DNA from: the human T2T-CHM13v2.0 reference genome, Homo sapiens
Strand: one strand, 5' to 3'
NCBI RefSeq assembly: GCF_009914755.1
Contig: NC_060928.1
Length of the DNA stretch: 64,000 nucleotides
In this document: piece after piece, positions 30,951-49,192 of the stretch
Layout: the number at the start of each line of letters is the position of its first letter
Position numbering within the stretch: position 1 is the first letter of the stretch
Made by a program: the position numbers and the translations under genes
Notes under the pieces: model-generated
What the model saw: the letters and a program-made list of their open reading frames with translations, nothing else
Database searches by the model: none
Told to the model about the DNA's origin: nothing

Positions 30951-32499
30951 ATTATAAGAGGTGCAATCTTGCTTTTCTTATGTGCCCCATTCAGCTAAAA
31001 TGACCCACCACACAGTATAATGGACCCGGGATTAGATTTGGATCAGGTACCCTGGCTTCTTAGTCCCAGTTGTTATTTAATAGCTGCCTGACTTTGGGCA
31101 AATTTCTTCAACTCTTCCGGGACTCAGTTTTCTATCTTTGACATGAAGAAATTGTCTTTTCTGGTGTTAACAATGTATGATTATCATTGACACAGAAGAA
31201 AATGTGACACCCTCGATGCAGATTTCCTGCTCAGCAGTTCCTAGTAAGCCAATGACAGACCTGAAAATAGCAAGCATGGCTATTTCCCAAGTCTTGGCTC
31301 TTCCTTGATTTAACGCATCTGGCAGAATGCCCTGTGGTGGGCGCAGAATCCAGACCCCTTCCCAGGTAGGGACTTGAACCACTGCAGCATCACCCTGGGG
31401 GGCAGGGTATGACACCAGCAGGACTTAGCATCATTAGGAAGTCACTGAGCAGGCAAGCTGAGAGTTACAAAGCCTGTGGCCGCTACAGATCAACCCAAGC
31501 AAGAGGTCAGGAAACTGGAAAATGAAGACAGGACCACGGAGAATTCTGGGGGCAGAGGTCAGTCACAAGTCAGCGATAGAAGTCAGGAAGTCTAGCCTGA
31601 GGCCAAGGAATCTACAGTTCATAAAATTCTGGTCAAACAAGCAGACAGGGATGTGGACAGGCACTCAGGCCTCATTAGTGAGGACACAGAATTCACAGTG
31701 CAGTTTACCAGGTAAGATGAGGTCCCTCATCCACTCTCTCCCTGTCCACTCAGATTCAGCTAACTCAGCACTGGGGCCATAGGTTTTTGCCTGGTGTGAA
31801 AGGAAACTCAGAAATGATTATTGCATCAAATTGACTTGAATGAGTTAAGATCTCAGGGATCATTACACAGAGTAAACCTGGTCCCAGAACAGATGTTTCC
31901 AGCCCCCATGATAAGCAGGAAGTGTTTTCAGAAGTGAGCAAATCAGTGGCATTTGGTTAGAATGTCTGGCTGACTGAGGACAAGATAATGAAGTGCAATT
32001 GAATTCTGGCAATTGTCTGGGGGTGGGGAAGGGGAGGAAGGGAACTGGATGGGGTGGTGGGTGCTCTGGCCATAGGAAGGTGGTCTTCTAGTGTCCCACC
32101 ATCTTTCAGGAGGAATGAAGATACATTCTAACATTAATAATGCCTTCTTAGTTTCCTATCTTCATGTGTACAGTTCTCTATCAACTCTAGCCCACAACTC
32201 CAAACACTACCCTTTTCTATACCTGCCTTCAGATACAGAGAGGGTATATCTTTCTATATACCCTTTAGAAAGATTTAGATTTAGAAAGACTTAGATTTAG
32301 AAAGGGTATATATCAGCCTCTTTCCTTCTCAGCAAAGAGGCTGATAAATAAATCCATAATAAGATACCAATGATTAAAATAACATAATTTGTTTCCCTTC
32401 CTAGAGGTTGTTGCCTTTCTATAGGCAAGGTAACAATGATGAATTTAGAACTGTCAGGGAAATATTACGGAACAAGAACAGGGCTGATAGACTCTTACC

Positions 32500-33420
<921 letters not shown>

Positions 33421-33904
33421 TGCTCGGTCTCCACCGAGCGACTTGCTCAGCCTAACGCCATTCCTAAGAAATGCTCACAGGGGCCCCTTGCATGACTGCT
33501 GCAAAGAATTACGATGAAAATACTTGGAAACATTTTTCAAAATCTTTACTTCTTAACCTTTTTACAGGCATGGTCCAAAATCGTCACTGACAAGCCATGA
33601 ATGGGATGGCCCGTTTAGGATTGGATGTGCTGTTCCGGAAACTGAGATAAAAGCAGCTCTGTAGTAATTCTGTCTGAACTGCTTTTTCTGTCCGAAATGA
33701 TTTTTATGTCCTCTTCAACAGATTCCGGATGTGAATGCAACACTCTTAAAAGAGGCACCTAAGTAAGGAATAATTTCACTAAAACGTTTCCACATAGACC
33801 TCCCAGGTGGAATCCTCAGCAGGAGGTTTGGCTCAGGGCAGAAATGCGTTGATGGAGGTTTCCAGAGGGCGCTGTTCATCCTACTCTGGCAAATTGGAGG
33901 GGGT

Positions 33905-34258
<354 letters not shown>

Positions 34259-35613
34259 TAGTACGAACTGTTTCTGTCCCTTGAAAAACTATTCTGACTG
34301 GAATTGCAACCTGACAATGGCCTGGCAAGAATCAATCCAATGACACCAGGACACAACTGCCCCTATAGAAGCCTGGTAAAGCTTCATTATCCTTAGAAGA
34401 CACAGCCTACAACAGGAATCCTGTGTTTATTTTTAAGCAGTAGTACCAGATAGGTCACTTCTCAAAATTGTTAGTGCAAATGTCAGCTAAAAGTTTTGTT
34501 TTTCTGGAAGGAAAGCATTTCAAGGTGACACAGAGTCCCTTTCTCCTGTATTTTTCTTTTCAGCTAAGTGTTGCGAATTTCTTTTCTTTGCATTTAAATT
34601 CATGAGATAAAAAGAAGGCTCCCTCCCCATCATTCACTGCTCCCTAGACTCGTAAATGCCACATATTCTGAACACCACATCTCGGACACAAATTTCTCAC
34701 AGAAAAGAGCTGAAAGGCCTCTCAGTGAGGCCTCCGCCAGCTGAGGGGCCCTCTCAGCCCGGCCTCCCTCAGGGCCTTCCCAGCGCCTCTGCAGCTCCAA
34801 GCACAGCGGTTTGTGTGGCTGAGCCTAGGGAGGAATTTGTAGCTGGGGACTGGGGTCACGGGCCTTCCGGTTTTCTACTTAGTGACACGCTTTCTCACAC
34901 AGGGGTCAAGAGTTAGGGCCTCACCAGTGCATCCTTCAAGATGAGCTGCTAGAAATGTTTTCTTAATAAGAGTCCTTTTCTTTCCCTTGAGACAGGAGGG
35001 TTTGAACCCTAGGCCTTTCAATCCCTCGACAGAAGCTATAAACCACAAATGTGCTTCATGTTGAAAGGACATGCAAGTGACCAGCACTCTCTTCTGCTTT
35101 CTGCCCCTACACCCCCCGCCTGTCATATGTGCCGACAACACTCTCTTCTCTTCCTCAGCCGACTGCTCGGGCAGTCTGCCCATTCTGGTGGGGAAAGAAG
35201 AGGGGGAAAGCTTCCTCTGCCCCCAGGGGGCCATCAGGACCACATCAGCTCTGGCGGGTGGTCTCTAGCAGGCCTTTTCTCAGCCCCTGCCCCTGGCACC
35301 AGACATGTGCACCATTCTCCGCTTGCTTGTGGATGACCTGCCTGTTTAACACATCTTCTAAGAGTTCTGTCTGAGAAGTCACATTTGCCCCGTTGCTGTG
35401 AGGCAGAAAAACCCAGCCGCTGCTCTACGGGGAGAACAGGAGAACCAGCCCAGCTCTGGAGGGACGGCTGAACCGGAGCACACCCACACTTGTGCTTGCC
35501 CCTAAAGCCAGCCGATGGAGATGAATTTGGAATGTTGGAACATATCACAGTGCAGATTTTCTTCTTCTTCTTTTTAAAAAATTTTTTTGCAAATATTTTT
35601 AGCAAGTGTTAAA

Positions 35614-35649
<36 letters not shown>
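35614..35649. repeat. (TG)n microsatellite
   Basis: Pure dinucleotide run. Confidence 0.95.
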
Positions 35650-35651
<2 letters not shown>

Positions 35652-35656
35652 TGGGA

Positions 35657-35979
35657 TTTTCTTTTTTTTTTTAATTAATTTATTTTTTTGAGACAGAGTC
35701 TCACTCTGTCTCCCAGGCTGGAGTCCAGTGGCACAGTGGTGTGATCTTAGCTCACTGCAACTTCTACCTCTTGGGTTCAAGCAATTCTCCTGCCTTAGCC
35801 TCCAGAGTAGCTGGGATTACAGGCACATGTCACCACACTCGGCTAATTTTTATCTTTTTAGTAGAGACAGGGTTTCACCATGTTGGCCAGGCCAGTCTCG
35901 AACTCCTGGCCTCAAGTGATCCGCCTGCCTCAGCCTCCCAAAGTGCTGGGATTACAGGCATGAGCCACTGCACCTAGCT
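35657..35979 (-). mobile_element. AluS
   Basis: Full dimer; TSD-like GGGATTTTCTT / GGGATATTCTT. Confidence 0.92.
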
Positions 35980-37114
35980 GGGATATTCTTTATTTAAAAA
36001 AAAAAAAAAAAAAGCCTGAAGAAAATGCAGGAGGGTAGAGACGAAGAAGAGGCCAGGTACTCAGCTAAGCAAGTGAGGGCAATTCTTGACCTCCAATGCT
36101 CAGTCCCCCTGCTGTCTTGATTGGCACAGGATGTGAAGGGATGATGAGAGGATGGCTAAGAGCAGTGAGGGCCTGAGCAGGAGCCACGAGCTCTGTGTTG
36201 CTGGATCTGAAGTCCCGAGCCTGGGCCTTCACCCCATACCCCGCCCCTGCACTGACTCTACCCCAATCTGCCTCTCACTCTCCCAGCTCTTTGCACCTTG
36301 TACTTCCCAGTACAAGCTGAAAGAGCCTCTGATGGCTGTCCCGGATGTCACAGGGACACACAGGTGTGGCTGGATCAGGGAGGACAGAGCGGCAGTCTCT
36401 GTGGTAGCATCTCAGGCATGAGGAAGGTTCCCAGTTCTCTCCTGGGTCCTGCTCAGGTTCCTGCCACCTGAAATTCTCTCCTCACAACTTCTGTCTTGTG
36501 ACTTAAGCTTATAAGAATTTGTCTTCTCGAAAAATGCAAATGTTCTCAGGATGGGATAGCACTTTAAAAATTATGACTACGGAGATCTTATCATCCAAAC
36601 ACCAAATCAGAATATTTTACAAAGCACATTTCTTATCTTTTTTCACTGGATGAATTTTATTTTCTAGATTTTTTCCTATATCAAAGCAAGTCATAAATGT
36701 TATTTAAAAATTTAAACAAACATAAAAGGAAATCTACTCCTAGCTACACATCATTTCCCTGGCATCTACTTCACGAGAAGTATAACCATGGTTAACAATG
36801 TGTGGTTGTCCTTCTAGATGTTTCTCTGTGTGTGCATGTGTGTGAGTGTGTGTGTTGTTGTTGTTTTTAACAAAAATGTTATTCCACATTACATACTGCT
36901 GTGGTATTTGGGTTTTTTTTCCCCCATTGGATACACTAGAAACATCTTTCCAGGAAGAACTTTTTTTCAGTCTATAAATATTGCTTGAAAAATCTTCAAA
37001 AGTTACATTTCATTACTATACTTTTAGAAGATCACAGGTTTTTATTGTTTGTTTTTGTTATCATTCTTGGCCTTTATTAAACAGAGTAAAATTATAAGAA
37101 GTCAGGGATTGTCT

Positions 37115-37330
37115 AGGGCAGTGTTGCCCATTCAGGCTTTGTGTGATGCTGGAGATGTTCTTTACCTGTGCTGTCCAATACAGTAGCTGGCAGCCACTTG
37201 TGGTTGCTGGATACTTGAAATGTGATCAGTGTGACTGAGCAACTGACTGTACAATTTGCTTAATTTTAATTAATTTAGATGTGACTTTCAATAGCTGCAT
37301 GTGACTCGTGACTACTGTATTGGATAGCGT
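37115..37330. mobile_element. MER3 (hAT-Charlie MITE)
   Basis: CTGTGCTGTCCAATACAGTAGC..AGCCACTTGTGG..CTTGAAATGTG..GTGACTGAG..GTATTGGATAGC. Confidence 0.8.
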
Positions 37331-37374
37331 TTTTTTTTGGACAAATCGATCATCCACTCCCAAAGGACTTATAG

Positions 37375-37560
37375 AAAGAAACTTTGAATCCAAATGTCCT
37401 GGATTTGAACCCTAATTCCTTCTACTTGCCAGCTGTGTGACTTTGGATAACAATAGAAACACTTTATTGGGTTGTTATAAGGATTCAATGAGTTAATACT
37501 TGCAAAGCAATTGAACCAGTGTTTGAACATGCCATTAGAGCTCAACAAATATTAGGTATA
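37375..37560 (+). mobile_element. MIR
   Basis: CCTGGATTTGAACCC..ACTTGCCAGCTGTGTGACTTTGGA. Confidence 0.7.
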
Positions 37561-40030
37561 GAATTCTTTCCTGAGAACAGGAACAGAGAGGAAAGAAAAC
37601 TTTGGGTGGGGAAGGGGAGAAGGATGGAGAAAGGAAGTAGTGAGTGAATAAAAGGGTGCTTTATTCCCACAGTAAGGGTAGGGCAGAGTGCTACCAAACC
37701 ACAATAGCCTCTCAATATTGCATAGAGCTTACCTTGACTGCAGTCTTAAAAAGATGAGGGAGGCAAAAGTATTGCCTGGAAAGTCGATTTTTTCAACCCT
37801 TTATAAAATTCCTCTTTTCTCTTCAGCTCTTTATTAAATTATGATAGGGTTGTGAGCAGCTCTGCAGGGCACCTCCCCTGCAGACCTGCCTGAACCCTGC
37901 CCAGGGCCAGGCCAGACAAAGCTCTGCTCAGGACAGCCACTGATTCACTCTCTAAGCCCAGGTGGCTGCACAGGCCTCCCAGAGCCTGTGGCAAACAGCA
38001 GGCACAGTGTCTCCAGCCCCCAGGGCAGTCCTTGTCCTGCATCTGTTTTTAAGGCTAATCCCAGCAAAGGGTGAGAAAGAAGAATCTAACTTTGTCACAG
38101 AAGCAGGATCCTCCTTCCCAAGGAAAAGTGGAGTCTGTATAGTTAGACTAAGTTGATGAAGTGAAGCAAGTATTTTTCTCGTGGGCTGTTTAAGAGGAGT
38201 TTACTGATTCAGACTGCAGGCCCCTCCTGCTACACACACACACCACCCCCGTGTCTAGGCTGTCTGGAATGTGTTTCTCTGGTTATCACCACCTCCTGAG
38301 ACACTACTCTGAGCAGCAAAATCAATTGACTTATTTGTCTCTCTAACCCCTGCCCACTGAGTGATTCATGAATGATTTTTGAATGAGTCCTTAAAAATCC
38401 ATTTCTATCACGTATGTTCTCTGAACACTAAGCATCTTTAACATTAGGAACAGGATTTAAAGCAGGGGGTATCTATTGTGTTATCAGTCTTGAGTTAGCA
38501 CAGATTGTAAAATGCACCCCTTTCTTAGGGAAAGGCATCAACACTAAACCGGTCATTGGGATGCCTGGGTTCAAGCCAAGATTGCCCTCCGGCATGAATC
38601 TCAACTTCCTTTTTTTGGTAAAATGTGGCAGAGACACAGGTGACCTTCAAGATCCCTCAAACTTACACACATTGTACACTGCCCCAAGCTCTCAGGGTTG
38701 AGAAGATCCTCCCCACCTGGCGCCATTTTCCCAGCCAGGCAGCCCTTTTTCAAGACTTGCCGGATATTGTTGCTCTTACTGCAGCTTCTGAAAAAAGGGC
38801 CAGTTATTCCAGTGGCACAACAGAAAGGTCCACAACGGTTGTCTTCTATGGGAGCCAAACCCATCCCTCCAGGCCCTAGCTACAGTTCCGATCACCTCAG
38901 TTGCTTTTGAGGGGGGATTTTCATTTACAAACCCTATTCAGAGGCTTTTTGGATGCCTTCTGTCCTGGTGCAATGAAGCAGGCTGCCTTTTTTTCCACCA
39001 AATGTCCCAAAGGGAAATGACATTCACCAAGAATTTGGACAAACTTTTTGAGAAGAAGAAACAGTGTGAAAATTGCACAGATCCTTGTTACTTAAAGCAT
39101 TTGAGAAGAAAACTGCAGGAAGTAGTAGATTCGGGACATAAAGGACATCATTTGCCTGCCTTATTATCTCATTTTTCAGTGAAGCTGACAGGACAGCTGC
39201 CTGTTATTACAGGGCACACCAGGAAATGTTTAGCTGCCAAACAGAAAAGAACGAGTGAGGGATTAACAGCCCTGTTCATGCCACACAAATAGAATTCTTG
39301 CACCTGGTAGTCACGCAGTTAGATTTATTATTTCATAGGGTATGTTACTTAAATCCCATTTACAAAGAAACAAAAACAACCCAAAAAGGCACCTTAATGA
39401 TACTGTAATTATGAGAAGTATTAGTAACCATTTTGCAGTTTTTAGTCTAGATTAAATTAATTGGTGGTGGTTTTCATTTAATCACACTAATCTTTTATTT
39501 GGTTTCTATAATGTCGCAAACTTACTATTCTATGTTGCAAATCTAAAGCGTTCTTAAAAATGAAAGATCGATAACAGTTTAATCCTCCACAAGGCTGCTC
39601 TCATTAATGATGTTGTGTAACAATAGAGAGCTCTTTGCAAGGTGGCAGATCACCTACAGAAGTGAGATTTCAAAAAAGGAAATAATTTCCATCTCAGCTT
39701 CATTTCTAATATTAGGAGGTAGAGGGGACAGTTGGGGGCAGCCAACTCCTTGAGCTGCTATCAGAGATCAGAGAGGCTGCAGGGGGGATGGCAGGGCTCC
39801 TAAATGGCTTTTTTGTTCCCACCCAGAGTGAATTCACTTCCCTCGTGCCAAACTCCAGTAAGGAACCTGACGAGAGAAAAAGTTTAAGATCCTGTGAAAA
39901 CCACCCTTTACTATCACTGATCATGTACTTTATCAGATGATTCTTTGAATTAATTAAAAACAAAACTCCTCTTGGAGCCTTGCTGCTTAAATCCTTAAAG
40001 CATTAGGGTAGAAGCTTGAGACTGTTAACT

Positions 40031-40466
40031 CTTCATTTTCCTGTAGCATCTGTTATGGACTGATTGTGTGTATCCATAAGATTCATAGGTTGAAATCTTA
40101 ACTCCCAATGCTATGGTATTAGGAGGTGGGGACTTTGGAGGTGATTAGGTTAGAGCCCTCTTGAATAGGATTAGTGCTCTTAAAAGAAGAGACACACGAG
40201 GGTTCTCTCTCTCTCTTTTCCTTTCTCTCTCATTCTCTCCTCTCCACTATGTGAGGATACAAAGAGAAATAGCCATCTGCAAACCATGAAGGAGGCCCTC
40301 ACCAGACCCCGGATCAGTCTGTCCCTTGATCTTGGACCTCTTGAGGCTGGGAAGGATCCAGATTCAGATCCTTCCAAGCATCCAAAACTGTAGAGTGAGA
40401 AACAAGTGTTTGCTGTTTCAGCCAGCCAGTCTGTGGTAATTTGTCATAGCAGCTCAAACTAAGACA
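40031..40466 (+). mobile_element. MLT1A-type MaLR solo LTR
   Basis: TG..CA ends (TGTTATGGACTGA / AACTAAGACA); GGTATTAGGAGGTGGGG; 5-bp TSD GCATC / ACATC. Confidence 0.85.
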
Positions 40467-40559
40467 ACATCTACTAAGGCCTCTCTGTACCAACCCTAGA
40501 TATTAAAAAATGAGTCCAAGTCTGACCCTGTAGGGGCTCCTCACAGTCGGAGATCACCA

Positions 40560-41900
40560 ACTCTTCTTGGAGATGTCAGGAATGTCTTAGTTTTCAAGGG
40601 CAGTATTAGTTTTTCAGGTGGGCAGGAGTCAAGGACATCCCAGCCAGAAAGAACCACAAAAAGGGCACGCAAAAGGCTTGAGAGGGGAACTGTTAAGTAG
40701 TCGGGTGTGACTAGAACTTGGGTGGCTATGGGTGAATGAAGGGAGGGGAGGCTGAGCCAGCACCCAGGGCCTTAAATGTCCTTTTAAGGGGTGTGGTCTT
40801 TGCCCCCAATGTGATGGAGCATCATAAGCAGCAGAGTAATATAGCTTCGTGATGACTGGGAAATTTACTCCTACGGCACAGGGGAAGATGAATTTGAAGG
40901 AAAAGATGCAGACGATGGGAAGATATAGGAGACTCAGGATAGTCCAAGTAGGAGATGCTCAGGTGGGTTAGCAGTAAGAGTGGAGAAGAAAGAACAGTTC
41001 CCAGAGAGCTTTGAGACATAGCTTTAACAAGACGCCAAAGGGATATAGAGAAGAGGTTCTAGATTTTTCTCCTTGGACATATGGGTGAAGAATGGCACCA
41101 CTAATATAGATGAGGAACTCAGTAGAAATTTAGATTAAGGAATGAGGGAAGAGTGGATCTGCTCCATTTGAGCATGATAAGTTTGAGGAACTGTGGCCTG
41201 TGTAGGTGGAGATGTCTGGTCCGGTAGCTCAGAAAACAGTATGAGCATTCAGGCACCAGAGACCTGGTGCATAAAGGGAGTTCAGGAAGCACAGATTTGG
41301 GAGTCCTTGTTAGAGCTCTCTTGTACTTATCTGAACAGAGATAGTGGTTGAGTCCACCAGATTCAGTAAATTCACTCGAGGACTGAGTGTGCACTGAGAC
41401 TAAACACAGGCTGAATACCAAGGTTAGAGACACCACTCTAAACTTGTACATAGAAAGAGCCAGCGAAGGACAGCAAGCTGGAGGCCAGAAGCTGAGGAGA
41501 ATCAGGTTTTCATGAAAAAGAATGTGAGCAGCCACGTCACCTGCCAGCCAGGCCGTGTCCGTGACCATGGGAGTTGGCAATGAGGAGGTCATCGATCATC
41601 CTGGCAAGCGGTTCTCTCTCTTGAGGTGCACGAGGTGGGAGGTGGGGTGCCCGGTAGGGTACAGTAAGGGCACTGAGTAAAAGAGCTGAATTTCATTGGG
41701 ATGAGGAGAGAATAGAGGATAAGAGCATGGAGACCACAAACAGAGACTTGCTTTTGAAGACTGTGATAGAAAAAAACAAATATCCACAAGGAGATACAAA
41801 ATTATGGAAGGAATTTTTTTTTTTTAGATGGAGAAAACCTGAACATGTGTATGAACTACTGGGAGAGAACCAGGAGACAGAGAGAGATCAGAGATGGAGG
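40560..41900 (-). mobile_element. L2 LINE relics
   Basis: Antisense L2 motifs CAGATTTGGGAGTC, GGAGTTGGCAATGAGGAGGTCAT, GTGGAGATGTC. Confidence 0.65.
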
Positions 41901-42934
41901 AAAAGACAAATCAGTGTGTAGGTGTGGCAGCTGGCCTTATACTCCTGCTGTAAAACCTGTCTGTGGGGTCAGAAGTGGCGGTGCTGGGAAGAGAGTGGCT
42001 GAAGCGCTGGGTGACTGTGTCAGGCTGGCTTTGCACATGCTGATGCTCTTCTCCCTGTCACAAGGGCTCCCCTTCATCCTCTGCCCCTATCACCTCCAAA
42101 CCAGATTCTGCATACTCCAAGGCCCCTTACGTGCCCTTTTCTCTGAAGACCCCCTCATTCCTCCAACTGTAAGTGATATTTCCCTTATCAGAACCTGGAC
42201 ACTTCATCTGTTTTCTTCCTCATGGGCCAACATGCTCTATCTTGTATTATTATTATTTGAAATCAGGGCATAACCCCATTATTAGATGTTTAGCTCTTTG
42301 CGGGAAGGAACCTTGTCCTAAATAATTTCATGCCTCCCATATCCACCCACATAACCCAGAACAGTGTGTTACACATGCTAAGTATTCAATAACATTCTCT
42401 AAAAAGACAAATGCATAACTTGAAGCTAATTTTAATTTCCTACTGGCTGCAACCACTTCTGGGCCACTTCTTGCCATCATCAATTTCTATTTTCTAAAAA
42501 TGTAAATGATTTTCATTTTAGCTTGGATGAAATTTATTGGAAAGATAAATCTACTGTAATCAAAGTCAGATATACAAATATTTAAATTATCTCTGCCACC
42601 CAAGGTAAGTTATATAATATCATGGGGTATTTTTTTATCAGTAAAGTAGAATAATAATACTATCTATTGTATGAGGTTGTTTCCATCATTAAATGAAATA
42701 ATGTATATACAGTGCTTAGCACAAGACCTGGGATATAGTAAATGCTTAAAAACAATAGACATTAATAATAATAGTTATTTGCCAGTTAGATAATTTCTAA
42801 GACCTATTCCAATTATGTTTGTAATTCTCTCTCCATTAGTGCAGACAATTAAGAATAGATTTTAAACATAAAATATGCACATATTTAATAATACACCATA
42901 GTCATGATGGTATGGTTAATCCTACATTTAATGT

Positions 42935-43247
<313 letters not shown>

Positions 43248-43703
43248 CTACATTTAAAATTTAAAGTAGGGGAAAGAAAAACCAACTCAGAACTTGAAGC
43301 AAACTGAGAACATAGCACTTCCATGTTCTTCTCTGTAAACCTTCCTGTGTGATCAGTGGCTATGACAGCTCATTCATTTGTTCATTCCACAAATATGTTT
43401 TGAGTACTTATGACATGCAAGTTTCTCTGGAAGAAGCCACAGGGGAAAACAAGGATGAACACAACCCAGGCTTTGCTCTGAAGCATTCTGAGGTGGGAGG
43501 AAGATAAATAAGCACACACAAAGCCCAGTATTTTGCGATATGACAAGATACTGAAGAAGACAAACTGCAGGAAGGAAAGTCATCAGAAAGAAGGGGAGGG
43601 GACCACAACATAACCTTGCACCAGGCACATTGATTTAGAAGCAAAAGCCTTAAGATCTTGCCTTTCAGAAGAAGCATGCTCTTTGTATGAGCCTCCTTCT
43701 CTC

Positions 43704-46820
<3,117 letters not shown>

Positions 46821-48844
46821 TAGCTCAAATTCTTCACAAAGGTGAGGAAAGAGGCCGACTTGTCAGCATTAAGTACCCAGTGGGGCATCAGTAGACTAGT
46901 TCCACAGGGACTTCTATTATTAAGCCAGCTGGATTATCCTGCTCTCAGGGGCAAAGCAATTTCTATAGGAAGGGTTGGTGGTGAATCTTTTTTTCTCCTT
47001 TTAGGACCCCAGAAGAGCTAAGAGAAGCAAAATCCTCCGTCTGAAAGAGAGGTAGTTTTTGGCAGCCTATGGAAGCCTGAGTCTTCCTTCTATTCAGGTG
47101 TCTGGCTGGCTCCCCATCATCAGGAAAGAAGCCTCATGCTTCAAAGAAAATAAATCCTCAGAAAACTGAGCATCTTTTTAAAAATAGAATTTCCAGACCA
47201 TTTGCAATTTGTAATATAGACTTGGGCTCTTTTGGAGAGGGGAAAGTGAACAAATTGTTGGGACTCTAATTGATACATGGATCGGCAGACATCCTGGAGG
47301 AACTTCAGCCTGTTGGTTTATCAGGTGGCTTGTCCCTTCTGCCTGTGATGGGTTTCTGGGAGGTAAGCAGGTGGTGGTAGTGACTGCGAGGCCACTTGTG
47401 GAGACTGTTGGCCAGTTATTTACAGATCATATGCAGGAGTATTTCAGGAATAACCTGAAGATTATGCCTTTGAAAATGTTAGCACAAGAGGTGTGTCCCA
47501 CACTTAAAAAAATGTTCTTTGCTTTAAAATCTCTCTAAACTTGCTAGATACTGATAACAATTTGAATTGTTTATGTCAATATCAATTTTTGGTGGCCTTA
47601 ATGGAAACTTCAGGGCATAATGAAGACTATTTGCAGATACATTGGGTTTTTTAATTAATATAAAATTAATTAAAGGAACACATTTTAATTCTAAAACCTA
47701 GTTTTCTTAAACCTTGAAGTTCAACATAGAAACCTTATTACTCCATTTATAAATTGAGTAGAGTTTAACCATCAGTTTCAAGGAAATTAAAGCTCTGTCA
47801 ACTAAAGCTGCAGGAACTAACTTTCCCAAACACTTTCATTTACATATTGAGTTAATTAAATCCTGTTAAAAATTTCAAACTGCATTTACATACTTAATAT
47901 ACAGACCTTTTTTAGCACTTCAAATGCTTCTATCAAACAAAATGTTCTCAAATATATGACTCTAGCAAAATGTAACTATAGTAATGGTTTAGAGCCTTAG
48001 TAAAAAGGTTTTTAAAGGCCTCCTTATGCCTTTCAATTAAAAATTACAAATTAGACTCTTTAAATTGGGATAATTCCCTAAAAGGTGAAAACCTCCCTTA
48101 CTAATATTTGAAATACCAAACAAATACATATTATCCTCAAAATCATAAAAATCTCTTCCTGACTTTACACAAAAATGCTAACCCTATAGATTTGATTTAC
48201 TTCTCTACCGCTCTACTTTAAACCTTAACAAAATTAAAAGACAGATTAAGAAAATAGCTACACCACCCCAAACAAAAGGAAGTCACTACTTTAGTGGAAC
48301 AAGCATTCATATTGGCCAGAGGTTTTTAGCTGAGGCATAAGATTTGATTCTCTCCATGGTAATGACCTGCAACACAGTGAACTCTTTTTATAGTTGCCAT
48401 AGCAAAAGTGACTCCAAGTCCATGCCCTTTAGACATCACTGGTTTTACCTGGTTTCAAGATACAACCTTACCAGTCTATCGGCAACCCAGACCCTGCACC
48501 AGTTTGCTTACCACTTTATTCGCTAGGATAAAGAATATTTATGCTTGATTCCATCCTGAATGTTTTTCTTATTCTTGCATTCTGACTCACAAATATCTAA
48601 ATGATACCCTATAAAATTCTGCATATCTCTCATCATTGCTGTAACTGATGGCCTCAAACCAAGCTGGTCCCCTTCACATGACCCAGCCAGTCTCACAACA
48701 TGAGAGACGGTTGACACATGTTCTCTTCCTTTTCCCATTAGGTCCATCTCACACGTAAGTCTCTTTGATTGTTCCCAAAGGGATTGACCCAAGTTCAGAC
48801 ACAATAGATCAAGTGAGGTGTGGAAAGGGGCTCTCCTTTAAAGA

Positions 48845-49005
48845 CTGCCTCTCAAACTGTAATGTACATATGTACCACTGAGATTTCATTCAAGTGCAGA
48901 ATCTGATGCAGTAGGTCTGACCTGGGGCCCAAGACTCTTCCTTATGAACAATCCTGTGGCAACCCTGATCTGTTGGTCCTCAGACCACACATTGAATAGC
49001 AAGAC
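48845..49005. mobile_element. MER5 (hAT-Charlie MITE)
   Basis: TCTCAAACT..GCAGAATCTGATGCAGTAGGTCTG..GACCACACATTGAATAGCAAG. Confidence 0.75.
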
Positions 49006-49192
49006 TGCATAGTTGATGGTACGTGAACTGTAGGGTCAACTTGGCACCTCGATTCTATGAATTATGCAAGCAAACATCTTGTTTCCCTTCACTAAAGTCC
49101 TTCTGTCTCTTTTGTCAATCATTGGTCCTCAGCTTATATTTTTAATTTAAAAAAATTATTGGTGTAAAATTCACATAACATGAAATTAACCG

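Noticed and set aside
34700-34880. GC-rich patch as a CpG-island promoter
   Set aside because: Short with few CpGs; its small palindromes are expected at this GC content
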